From an uncultured Gammaproteobacteria bacterium (lineage in GTDB: Bacteria > Patescibacteriota > Patescibacteriia > UBA2591 > UBA6264), in NCBI GenBank assembly GCA_964580825.1, contig CAZOLB010000002.1, forward strand, positions 2,145 to 44,602: a DNA stretch of 42,458 nucleotides, given 5' to 3'. The position numbers and the translations under genes were made by a program. This document shows positions 18,159-26,428 of this stretch, in pieces; the stretch's first letter is position 1, and each line of letters begins with the position of its first letter. The notes beneath the pieces are model-generated. The model worked only from the letters and a program-made list of their open reading frames with translations. It was not told the DNA's origin and ran no database searches.

Positions 18159-18566
18159 TTATTTGGGTTTTGATATTTTACTTCTTATTTCTTTCGCTTT
18201 TTTCTCCATTAATAATCCCTGTTTTTTTGTCTGATGGTCATAACCAAGAATATGGAGCAAGCCATGAATCAATAAAATTTTCAATTCTTCTCCTTGGCGG
18301 CGCTTTTGCTCTTTTGCCTGTTTGACCAACATCTCCCAGCAAATCATTATCTCGGGAGGGTCTTCAAAAGATAAAACGTCAGTCGGTTTGTCGATTTGGC
18401 GATATTTCTTATTAACGGCCCTAATTTCTTTTTTATCCACCAAGGCAACCGACAGAAACTTTATTTTTTTTTTAACCCTAACCGCTCGGAATGCTTGGCT
18501 TAAAATCGTTTTGATCAATTTCTTGCTCGGACGACAATCAATTGTTTTATTGATTTCAACAATCAT
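18159..18566 (-). CDS. ybeY: rRNA maturation endoribonuclease YbeY
   Basis: NKKYRQIDKPTDVLSF, IHGLLHILGYDH. Confidence 0.93.
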   Translation of the reverse strand: MIVEINKTIDCRPSKKLIKTILSQAFRAVRVKKKIKFLSVALVDKKEIRAVNKKYRQIDKPTDVLSFEDPPEIMICWEMLVKQAKEQKRRQGEELKILLIHGLLHILGYDHQTKKQGLLMEKKAKEIRSKISKPK

Positions 18567-18586
18567 AAGGCCTTTTATTTTTTCGT

Positions 18587-18793
18587 TTATTTCTCCCGAA
18601 TCGGTTCAACTTTAATCGCCTGCACCGGACAACTTTCAGCTGCCGACTGGCTGCAACCCAGCTCCTCTATTTCCTCTTTTTTCGCTTTCGCTTTCCCTTC
18701 GTCGCTTACTTCAAAACTTAAAGGGCAAATGGCGGCGCAACTGCCGCAACCGATACATTTCTCTTTGTCGATAAAAATCTTAAATTTTAACAT
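18587..18793 (-). CDS. Single-cluster [4Fe-4S] ferredoxin
   Basis: IDKEKCIGCGSCAAICP...AAESCPVQAI. Start is the ATG at 18793; the longer ORF overlaps the YtxH gene. Confidence 0.88.
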   Translation of the reverse strand: MLKFKIFIDKEKCIGCGSCAAICPLSFEVSDEGKAKAKKEEIEELGCSQSAAESCPVQAIKVEPIREK

Positions 18794-18851
18794 ATACCAA
18801 AATGTTAAAAGCTGAAAAAACGAACAAATCAAAAATCCTCGTTTTTCCCTT

Positions 18852-19097
18852 TTATTTTTCTTCCTTAAACATGTCCTTAATCTCCTCCACTCCCTGCTTA
18901 ATCTCTCCTTTAATCTCTTTGGCGCCGTCGGCCGTTTTTTTGACCGCATCGACCATTTTGTCTTTTGCCGAATCCATTTTTTGTTTTAATTCTTCGCGAG
19001 TTTCCTGTCCAGTTTTTTTGGCGAAAAGCAACCCCAAAACCGCACCTAGGGCCGTTCCCAACGCCCCGGCTTTAAAAATCTTTCTAATCTGTCCCAT
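18852..19097 (-). CDS. YtxH domain-containing protein
   Basis: GALGTALGAVLGLLFAKKTGQETREEL. Confidence 0.82.
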   Translation of the reverse strand: MGQIRKIFKAGALGTALGAVLGLLFAKKTGQETREELKQKMDSAKDKMVDAVKKTADGAKEIKGEIKQGVEEIKDMFKEEK

Positions 19098-19131
19098 ATT
19101 CGTGTTTAATTAATTGATTAAAAATTAAAGC

Positions 19132-20439
19132 TTAGCCGATAAATTCTTTTAAAATCGATTGTTTAGGCACGACGGAAACATCGCGCCAAATATTCACCTG
19201 TTTAAGCAGACTGTAAACTCTTTGAGCTCGCAAATAAGCGTCTTGCCGCGACGGTTCTTTTTTATATTTTTGAATAATTTTAGGCAAAAATTTGAAAAGA
19301 TAATATTTTAAAATCGGCAATTCATAAGGTAAAGAAGTATTTAAAATATAATCCGCCCGAGAAATATAAGGAATAATATTTTTTATCTCCCCACGCCTGA
19401 CATAATGCCAATGCCCAACGGTCATGGTCGGATTATAAGACCGAAACTGGGCGTCTCTAATCATCCGGCGCAATAACCGGATATCAGTCCAACGAACAAA
19501 ACGATTATCCTTATCTTTTAATTGGCAAAATGTTTCCAAATAAATCTTATATTTTTCCGATTCGGGAACGCTCTCGGTCAGTTTGTCATAAATGCCGAAA
19601 TGAGAATCAATCAACAATATCTGTCCCGGTTTGAGACGCAAATTGTCGGTCTCTTTTTCTCGAATGCCCACTTTAAAATTATATCGCGGGACTTTAATTT
19701 CTCTGCCGGCCATCAGATTCGCCAAGTGCCGATTAATCAAAGGCAGATCCAGGGCGTAAGGGCCTTCGCAATCATAATCGCCCTGATCGTCATAAAGATA
19801 ATGTTTCGGGCTGCAAAAATAATTATCAATATTTAATTTAACAAAACTGAATTTTCCTCTTTTATTCAATTCTCTCGCCAGGCGTTCGGTCGTAGTCGTT
19901 TTACCGGACGAAGACGGCCCGCAAATCGACAAAAGCCTGATTTTGCCCAATTTCCGCTCAAGAGCGGAAATCAAATCCGAAATTTCTTGTTCATAAACCT
20001 CTTCCGCTTCTTTAACCAATTTAGGAAACGTCCCTTTTTTAATATGCCCATTGAGTTTGCTAATGGTCTCGCAAGCATGATCAAGATTCCAGACTAAAAC
20101 TCGCCAAATTATCTTATAGGGAACTGTTTCTATCTCCTGGCTCTCTTTTCTATCTCTCATTTCTCGGCGTTTTTCGCGATAAACGATATAAGCTTTGGCT
20201 ATTTTGTCGTAACCCTTTTCGATTAAAACCCGTTCCACCACGTCCTGAATGTCTTCCACGGTCGAAATCGCATCGGGAAAATGGTGTTCAATAATCTCCG
20301 CGACTCGATCGGAAATTTTTCTGGCCAAATTCAAGTCGTATCGCCCGACTTCAGCCGCCGCTTTATAAACGGCTTGAACTATCTTATTTTGGTCAAAAGA
20401 AACGACCGCGCCGTCCCGTTTATAAACTTTGGTAATCAT
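19132..20439 (-). CDS. ATP-cone domain fused to uridine-kinase-like P-loop kinase
   Basis: N-terminal VYKRDG..V.FDQNKI...VEDIQDVVE..L...AKAYIVYR (ATP cone). GPSSSGKTT, IDNYF, RLLRRM.RD...R, RRGE..NI.PY..AD. Confidence 0.8.
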   Translation of the reverse strand: MITKVYKRDGAVVSFDQNKIVQAVYKAAAEVGRYDLNLARKISDRVAEIIEHHFPDAISTVEDIQDVVERVLIEKGYDKIAKAYIVYREKRREMRDRKESQEIETVPYKIIWRVLVWNLDHACETISKLNGHIKKGTFPKLVKEAEEVYEQEISDLISALERKLGKIRLLSICGPSSSGKTTTTERLARELNKRGKFSFVKLNIDNYFCSPKHYLYDDQGDYDCEGPYALDLPLINRHLANLMAGREIKVPRYNFKVGIREKETDNLRLKPGQILLIDSHFGIYDKLTESVPESEKYKIYLETFCQLKDKDNRFVRWTDIRLLRRMIRDAQFRSYNPTMTVGHWHYVRRGEIKNIIPYISRADYILNTSLPYELPILKYYLFKFLPKIIQKYKKEPSRQDAYLRAQRVYSLLKQVNIWRDVSVVPKQSILKEFIG

Positions 20440-20462
20440 ATTTGACGACTTCTTCGCATTTT

Positions 20463-21776
20463 TTAATTTTCTTGCCCTTTTACCATCTCTCCTTTCATTC
20501 CTTCCTTATATAATTCCGTCAACTTGACGCTGATGATCCGATTCGACAAATTACTTCTTGATTTGACAAAAACTCTAAGATAATTTGGCGAAAAACCCGA
20601 CCAATAAAAATTTTTTTTAGATTCAATTAAAACCGGTAAAGTTCGCCCGAGGTATTTTTGTCTTATTTTTTCAGACGCCCGGCGTCCCATTTCTATCAAG
20701 ACCCGCGATCTTTCTTTTTTGACTTTGTCCGAAACGACGCCTTTTAAAATTCCGGCTTTTACGCCCGGGCGAAGCGAAAATCTGAAAACATGAATCTTTA
20801 AAAAATCCGCCCATTTAACGAATTCGCAAGTTTTTTTAAAATCCGCTTTTTCTTCTCCGGGAAATCCAACAATGATATCCGCCGTCAAATTCATGTCCGG
20901 AATCCGCCTCAACTTTTCAATAATTTTTTTCAACTCGTCTTGCCGATAACCTCTTCCCATTAATCTCAAAATTTTGTCCGAAGCCGATTGAATCGAAAGA
21001 TGAACACAAGGGCAAATTCTCGGCTCAGTTTTAAACAACTTTAAAAGATTAGAGTTAATAGCGGAAGGCCAGAACGATGAAAGACGAATTCTAGGAATGG
21101 CGGTTTGTTTTAAGATTTGCCTTAGTAAAAAGACTAAATCTCCTTTTATTTTCGCTTGGCAATCGGCGTCGCTATGTCCCGCTTGAAAGGAATTTTTCAT
21201 TGAAGAAATTCGACAACCGTACTCACTGATATTAACGCCGACCAAAACAACTTCTTGAATTCCTTGCCGGTATTTTTCTTTTATCTCTTTGATAATTTGA
21301 TTTAACGGCTTATTATAACATTTTTTCCGCAAATAAGGAACAAGGCAATAAGAGCAAAAATGCCGGCAACCGTCCTGAATTTTAACAAACGCTCTTGTTT
21401 TATTCCCGATTTCCCCTTTTTTAAACGAGGATTTCGCCGCTCTTTCAAACAAGTTGGAAATTATTTTTTCCGCTTCGTCCTTTTGTTTATTGTCAAGCCA
21501 AAGGGTAACCTTATTTTTTTCCCGAAGAACGGTTTCCTTTGAAAAACAACCGACGACAACCAGACGGGTTTTCGGCGAATAACGATTTATTTGATGGATA
21601 AGTTGTCTGACCTCGCCTTCCGCCTTTTGCGTCACGGCGCAAGCATTAACCACCAGGACATCGCTTTTTATCGATGAATTTAACCGCCAGCCGCTACTCC
21701 CGAACTTATTCATTAATTCTTCTGTTTCCGCCTGATTCAATTTGCAGCCAAAAGTACGAAATGAAATAGTAGGCAT
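20463..21776 (-). CDS. mtaB: tRNA t6A methylthiotransferase MtaB
   Basis: TFGCKLNQAE, NACAVT, TRAFVKIQDGCRHFCSYC, HVFRFSLRPG. Confidence 0.85.
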   Translation of the reverse strand: MPTISFRTFGCKLNQAETEELMNKFGSSGWRLNSSIKSDVLVVNACAVTQKAEGEVRQLIHQINRYSPKTRLVVVGCFSKETVLREKNKVTLWLDNKQKDEAEKIISNLFERAAKSSFKKGEIGNKTRAFVKIQDGCRHFCSYCLVPYLRKKCYNKPLNQIIKEIKEKYRQGIQEVVLVGVNISEYGCRISSMKNSFQAGHSDADCQAKIKGDLVFLLRQILKQTAIPRIRLSSFWPSAINSNLLKLFKTEPRICPCVHLSIQSASDKILRLMGRGYRQDELKKIIEKLRRIPDMNLTADIIVGFPGEEKADFKKTCEFVKWADFLKIHVFRFSLRPGVKAGILKGVVSDKVKKERSRVLIEMGRRASEKIRQKYLGRTLPVLIESKKNFYWSGFSPNYLRVFVKSRSNLSNRIISVKLTELYKEGMKGEMVKGQEN

Positions 21777-21836
21777 AAAACTTCTAAAAACTAAATGGCA
21801 AACTCTTAACGGATTTTAACTGTTCAATTAAATCGG

Positions 21837-23366
21837 TTATCTGATGCGCTTTTTCAATTCCTTGAATATTTTATTTTGGTCAACCACTTCCTGGTTCCCC
21901 GTACTCATATTTCTAATAATTATAGTGTTGTCAATCACTTCTTGCTGGCCGAGTATCAAGGTCAGCTTGACTCCCAATTTATCAGCGGCTTCCATTTGGG
22001 ATTTTAAGCTATTTTTGGCAAGATTTTCAGCCACTCTGAGGCCTTGTTTTTGCAAATCGTCAAAAATTTTCAAAGCCCGCCGCGAGGCCCTTTCTCCCAC
22101 TTGGGCCAAAAAAACTTGAGGAGACCTCAATCTCGGAAGGCGGATATTCTGTATTTTACTTTCTTCGATTATTCTTTCCAAACCGTAAGCCAAACCCGAA
22201 GCCGGCGTTGGATGTCCGCCCAAACCTTCAATTAACGAATCATATCTTCCCCCGCCCCCTAAAGCGCTTTGAGAACCGAATTTTTCCGCTTCTTCTTTTA
22301 TCTCCAACTCCCCTTTTTCTTGAATCTTCTTTAAAGAATCGGCGCGATTCGGCCAAACCTCGAAAACAGTCCGCGTATAATAATCCAAACCTCTCACCAA
22401 ATAAGGATTTAAAATATAAACCACGCCCGCCTCGTCAAGATATTCCAAAGTTCTGACGAAATGATTCCGACACTCGTCGCACAAATCATCGACTAGCTGA
22501 GGCACTTGTTGAACCAATTTTTTGCAATCCTCGTTTTGGCAGTCCAAAATCCGCAAAGGATTTTGATTTAACCGCCGCTGGCAGTCCGAGCATAACCATT
22601 TCCGTTTAAACTTAAAATAATTCACCAATTTCGCGCGATACGCCTTTCGACAATTAACACAGCCCAAGCTGTTTACCTGAATGTCCGCTTTTATGCCTAA
22701 GTTATTAAACAGGGTTTGGGAGAATAAAATTAATTGGGCGTCAACCGCCGGTTCGGCCGAACCGATAACTTCAAGTCCGAATTGATGAAATTGCCTCAGG
22801 CGTCCGGCTTGCGGCCGTTCATACCGGAATAAGGGCCCAAAATAATACAATTTGACCGGTTGGGGCAAATTGGACATTCCTTGTTCAAGATAGGCGCGAG
22901 CGACGCTCGGCGTAAACTCCGGGCGGAGAACCACCTGATTGCCCGCCTTGTCTCTAAACTGATACATTTGTTTTCCCACCACTTCCGTCGTCAAGCCAGT
23001 GGTTTTTTCGAAAAGGAGCTGTTTTTCAAGCACGGGCACGATAATTTTTTTAAAATTATAATCTTCGGCCAAATTAGTCAACTTTCCGACTACATAGTCC
23101 CAGGCCGACATCTCATCGCCAAAAACGTCTCTCATGCCTCTTAAAATCTTTACCCCCTCTTTGATTTTACTTTCTATTTGAGGGGATTCGCTTTTAAACT
23201 GAGGCTCTTCTTCTGTTTCGCTCTGAACAGGTAAACGATTTTTTCTTTCCAACTTTTTAAAGGACGCGGCCGCGTCGCTTTTTCTTTTTCGGCTTTGACG
23301 CGGTTTCTTGATTATTCTTGTTTTTTCCCGGGAACTGATTTTTCCCGCCTTTTTCTTTTTTATCAT
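21837..23366 (-). CDS. hisS: Histidine--tRNA ligase with N-terminal extension
   Basis: RGMRD, LRPEFT, FRYERPQAGRLRQFHQ, LVRGLDYYTRTVFE, GGGRYD, GLERI. Confidence 0.96.
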   Translation of the reverse strand: MIKKKKAGKISSREKTRIIKKPRQSRKRKSDAAASFKKLERKNRLPVQSETEEEPQFKSESPQIESKIKEGVKILRGMRDVFGDEMSAWDYVVGKLTNLAEDYNFKKIIVPVLEKQLLFEKTTGLTTEVVGKQMYQFRDKAGNQVVLRPEFTPSVARAYLEQGMSNLPQPVKLYYFGPLFRYERPQAGRLRQFHQFGLEVIGSAEPAVDAQLILFSQTLFNNLGIKADIQVNSLGCVNCRKAYRAKLVNYFKFKRKWLCSDCQRRLNQNPLRILDCQNEDCKKLVQQVPQLVDDLCDECRNHFVRTLEYLDEAGVVYILNPYLVRGLDYYTRTVFEVWPNRADSLKKIQEKGELEIKEEAEKFGSQSALGGGGRYDSLIEGLGGHPTPASGLAYGLERIIEESKIQNIRLPRLRSPQVFLAQVGERASRRALKIFDDLQKQGLRVAENLAKNSLKSQMEAADKLGVKLTLILGQQEVIDNTIIIRNMSTGNQEVVDQNKIFKELKKRIR

Positions 23367-23454
23367 AAATATTCAAATTAACGCCGCGCCAATTTAGTCC
23401 GCTCGCCAAACGGACATACTTAATCGCAGCGGTCAATTATAAAAATTTTTTAAT

Positions 23455-24087
23455 CTAATAAGCAAAACTTGGGGTTTTAATTAAGCCCATTGTCTCAAAT
23501 GGCCAACCCCTAAACCACGCTCGGCCGACAATATCCTCTTCTTTTATCGGACCGAATGACCGCGAATCCAAGCTCATATTTCGATTATCTCCCAAAAGAT
23601 AATACTCTTCTTTTGACAGAATCAAGTCGATTTCTCCCGGCGTGCCTACGCCCGGAAGCAAATATCCGCTGCTAGTTAGCAAAAACCCTTGAGGAAAAGA
23701 GTCGTTGTAAATATGTATTTCTCCTTTGCTAATCACTATCCTTTCTCCGGGCAATCCCACCACTCTCTTAATCAAATAATCTTTTGGATCAAACGAAGGG
23801 CGAAAAATGACCACCTCGCCCCTTTGCGGCCGGCCAAAATGGTAACTGATTTTTTCTATAATCAAATAATCTTTATCGTAAAAATTCGGTTCCATAGACG
23901 GTCCGACAACGTAAAATGGCTGGAAAATAAAACGATGAATCGGCCAAACAATGATAAAAGCGATGATCACCAATTTAATTACGTCAAAAATAAAAACCAA
24001 AACTGGCGGCCATTTTTTAAAAAAACCGCGTTCTGGCTTAGGTTCGCTTTCAAGACCCTTAAGGGCGTTAAATGTTTCTTGGGTCAT
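23455..24087 (-). CDS. lepB: Signal peptidase I
   Basis: TM segment then GPSMEP, LIKRVVGLPG, GDNRNMSLDSR. Confidence 0.95.
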   Translation of the reverse strand: MTQETFNALKGLESEPKPERGFFKKWPPVLVFIFDVIKLVIIAFIIVWPIHRFIFQPFYVVGPSMEPNFYDKDYLIIEKISYHFGRPQRGEVVIFRPSFDPKDYLIKRVVGLPGERIVISKGEIHIYNDSFPQGFLLTSSGYLLPGVGTPGEIDLILSKEEYYLLGDNRNMSLDSRSFGPIKEEDIVGRAWFRGWPFETMGLIKTPSFAY

Positions 24088-24108
24088 AAATAAAAAATCC
24101 GGTTATCA

Positions 24109-24489
24109 TCATAATTCCATCTCTCTTCTAGATTTTACGCTATCGTCGGCAGCCGACTCGTCGGCGGCCGGATTTTTTAAAGCTACGGCTCTGACTATTT
24201 TTGTAATATCCCTTTCCATTTTTCCCAGCCGCAGTCGTAACCGAAAAATAAGATAAAATAAAACGGCGATTCCCAAATAAAGCAAAATTTCTATACCCGA
24301 ACCGGAAAATCCCAAAGAAGCCACCAGGCGGTCAATCCATTTCAAACAAATAATTAAAACTCCCGTCAACAACCAAAAAATAAGCCAAAAAACAAACTCA
24401 TTGACGCCGATCTGTTTGTTTTTTTTCTGCCAAAAAAGACGAGACAGAAAGAAAACTATGATCACTAATGCTAGTATTCGCTGAAGCAT
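24109..24489 (-). CDS. DUF2304 family membrane protein
   Basis: 3 TMs, W..FW, LGF.SG, ITKIVRAVAL; typical partner of the upstream GT2 gene. Confidence 0.8.
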   Translation of the reverse strand: MLQRILALVIIVFFLSRLFWQKKNKQIGVNEFVFWLIFWLLTGVLIICLKWIDRLVASLGFSGSGIEILLYLGIAVLFYLIFRLRLRLGKMERDITKIVRAVALKNPAADESAADDSVKSRREMEL

Positions 24490-24584
24490 GTGAAAAAATT
24501 ATTTATTAATTTTGAAAATTCGCTTTTTATTTTATACTTGAATTTTCCGCTCTGCCGAACGGATTGGAATGTCAGACAAAACCG

Positions 24585-25247
24585 TTAGTCCATTAATTTT
24601 GCCAACAATAAATCTTTGATAATCTCAACTCCCCCTTTAAATCTTTGGCCAAATCCGCGATAAATCACGGTCATCGGCACTTCTTTAATCTTGAAGCCGC
24701 TTTTAAAAACTTTGTACTGAATTTCCGTGTTATGAGCCATTTTATCGTTGACAATCTCGATTTTCTCCGCCGCCTCTCTGGATAAAGCCCTGAAGCCGCT
24801 CTGGGGGTCGGTTAATTCTTGATTAATAAATATTTTATTCACCATCCGAGCCAAGGGCAAAATTATCTTTTTTTTAAACCAGGGAATTTCCGATTTTTTT
24901 TCCAAAAACCGCGAACCAAACACCGCCTCGGCTTCTTTTTCTTTGATCGGTTTGACTAAATCGGCGATCTCCGAGGCCAAAAATTGACCATCAGCGTCAA
25001 AATGAACAATAACGTCAGCGCCGGCGGCTAAAGCTCCCTGATTGCCCGTTTGCAAAGCCGCCCCTTGCCCCCGGTTAACAAGATGGCGCAATACTTTTAC
25101 CTCTTGTTCCTCGGCTAAACGGTAAGTGTCGTCGGTGGAGCCGTCGTCAACGACGATTATTTTATCAACTAACGGTTTGACTTCTTTAATTACTTTAACA
25201 ATCGTTTCTTTCTCGTTATAAGCCGGAATTACGGCAATGACTTTCAT
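24585..25247 (-). CDS. Glycosyltransferase family 2 (DPM1-like)
   Basis: IPAYNE, VDDGSTD, NRGQGAAL, FDADGQ, GSRF, DPQSGFRA. Confidence 0.92.
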   Translation of the reverse strand: MKVIAVIPAYNEKETIVKVIKEVKPLVDKIIVVDDGSTDDTYRLAEEQEVKVLRHLVNRGQGAALQTGNQGALAAGADVIVHFDADGQFLASEIADLVKPIKEKEAEAVFGSRFLEKKSEIPWFKKKIILPLARMVNKIFINQELTDPQSGFRALSREAAEKIEIVNDKMAHNTEIQYKVFKSGFKIKEVPMTVIYRGFGQRFKGGVEIIKDLLLAKLMD

Positions 25248-25358
25248 AGTAACATGGCGCTTAAATTTCTAAAAATCTAAATCCTAAACTTCGAATCCAT
25301 TTCCCGCAATAGTTGTCTTGCCACCGCGGATTGAAGATTCAGCGACAAAACAACGTTA

Positions 25359-26402
25359 TTACTCTTCGTCGTATTTATTAACCAAGGGCTGGAGTAACAT
25401 TCTATTTGCCCTAACATAAGCAATAAGTTTTTCCAAACCGTTATTCAAATCCGTTACCGGAAACCACTCTAATTTTTCTTTGGCTAAAGTTATATCCGGC
25501 AATCCCAAAGGCCTCATAAAAGGCAAAGGAGGCCTGAATTCAATCTCTGATTTAGAACCGGTCATTTCGATAATTTTTTTCGCCAAATTAGCCAATAAGC
25601 AGGCCTCCGGCCCGCCAAGGTTAATCGGTCCCGATTCTTCCGAATTCATCAACCTGATAATGCCTTCGATTACATCGTCAACGTAGCAAATCGAAGTGGA
25701 AAATTTTTCATCGCCGTAAATAATCAGCGACCTGTTATTCAAAGCTTGAAGCACAAAATCCGGAATCATTTGACCGTCAAAAAGAGATTCTCTCGGACCA
25801 TAAGTCCTAAAAATGCGCGCAATTTTGGCGTCAACGGCAGACATATCGCGATAAGTGATTATCGCCGCTTCCGAAAATCTTTTTCCTTCGTCATAACAAG
25901 ACCGAGGACCAACAAAATCGACTTGGCCGAAATCCGTTTCTTTAAAAGCCCGACCTTCCAAACGCTGGCCATAAACCACCGAGGAAGAGGCGAAAAACAT
26001 TTTGGCTTTATAAAACTTAGCCCATTCCAAAACATTAATCGTTCCCAAACTGCTGGTCCGCAAGGTTTCAATTCTTAATTTGTCGAAATCTTTAGCCGAA
26101 GTCGGGCAGGCAAAATGGTAAATTTCGGAAATTCCGCGTACGCCAATTTTAAACTCATCCAAGTCGGAAATTTTTTCAAAATCCACCTGACGATTGACGT
26201 CCTGATTGATAAAGCGAAAATTGGGATTTTGCAAAAGGTGTTTGATATTGTTTATATCTCCGCCGCCGGTAAAATTATCCAGACAAATGACGTTATTTTC
26301 GCTTATCAGGCGATCGCACAAATGCGAACCCAAAAAACCAGCTCCGCCCGTTACTAAAACGACTTTTTTTTCTCCGGGATAAAACTTTTTTTGTTTATCC
26401 AT
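25359..26402 (-). CDS. NAD-dependent epimerase/dehydratase, UDP-glucuronate decarboxylase-like
   Basis: VTGGAGFLGSHL, HFACPTS, RSCYDEGKR, ARIFRTYGPR. Confidence 0.88.
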   Translation of the reverse strand: MDKQKKFYPGEKKVVLVTGGAGFLGSHLCDRLISENNVICLDNFTGGGDINNIKHLLQNPNFRFINQDVNRQVDFEKISDLDEFKIGVRGISEIYHFACPTSAKDFDKLRIETLRTSSLGTINVLEWAKFYKAKMFFASSSVVYGQRLEGRAFKETDFGQVDFVGPRSCYDEGKRFSEAAIITYRDMSAVDAKIARIFRTYGPRESLFDGQMIPDFVLQALNNRSLIIYGDEKFSTSICYVDDVIEGIIRLMNSEESGPINLGGPEACLLANLAKKIIEMTGSKSEIEFRPPLPFMRPLGLPDITLAKEKLEWFPVTDLNNGLEKLIAYVRANRMLLQPLVNKYDEE

Positions 26403-26428
26403 AATGGATTCTGATATAATTTGATTAT

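Noticed and set aside
18794-18949. 52-aa N-terminal extension of the ferredoxin ORF
   Set aside because: It overlaps the YtxH gene in another frame; the ATG at 18793 gives a normal-size ferredoxin.
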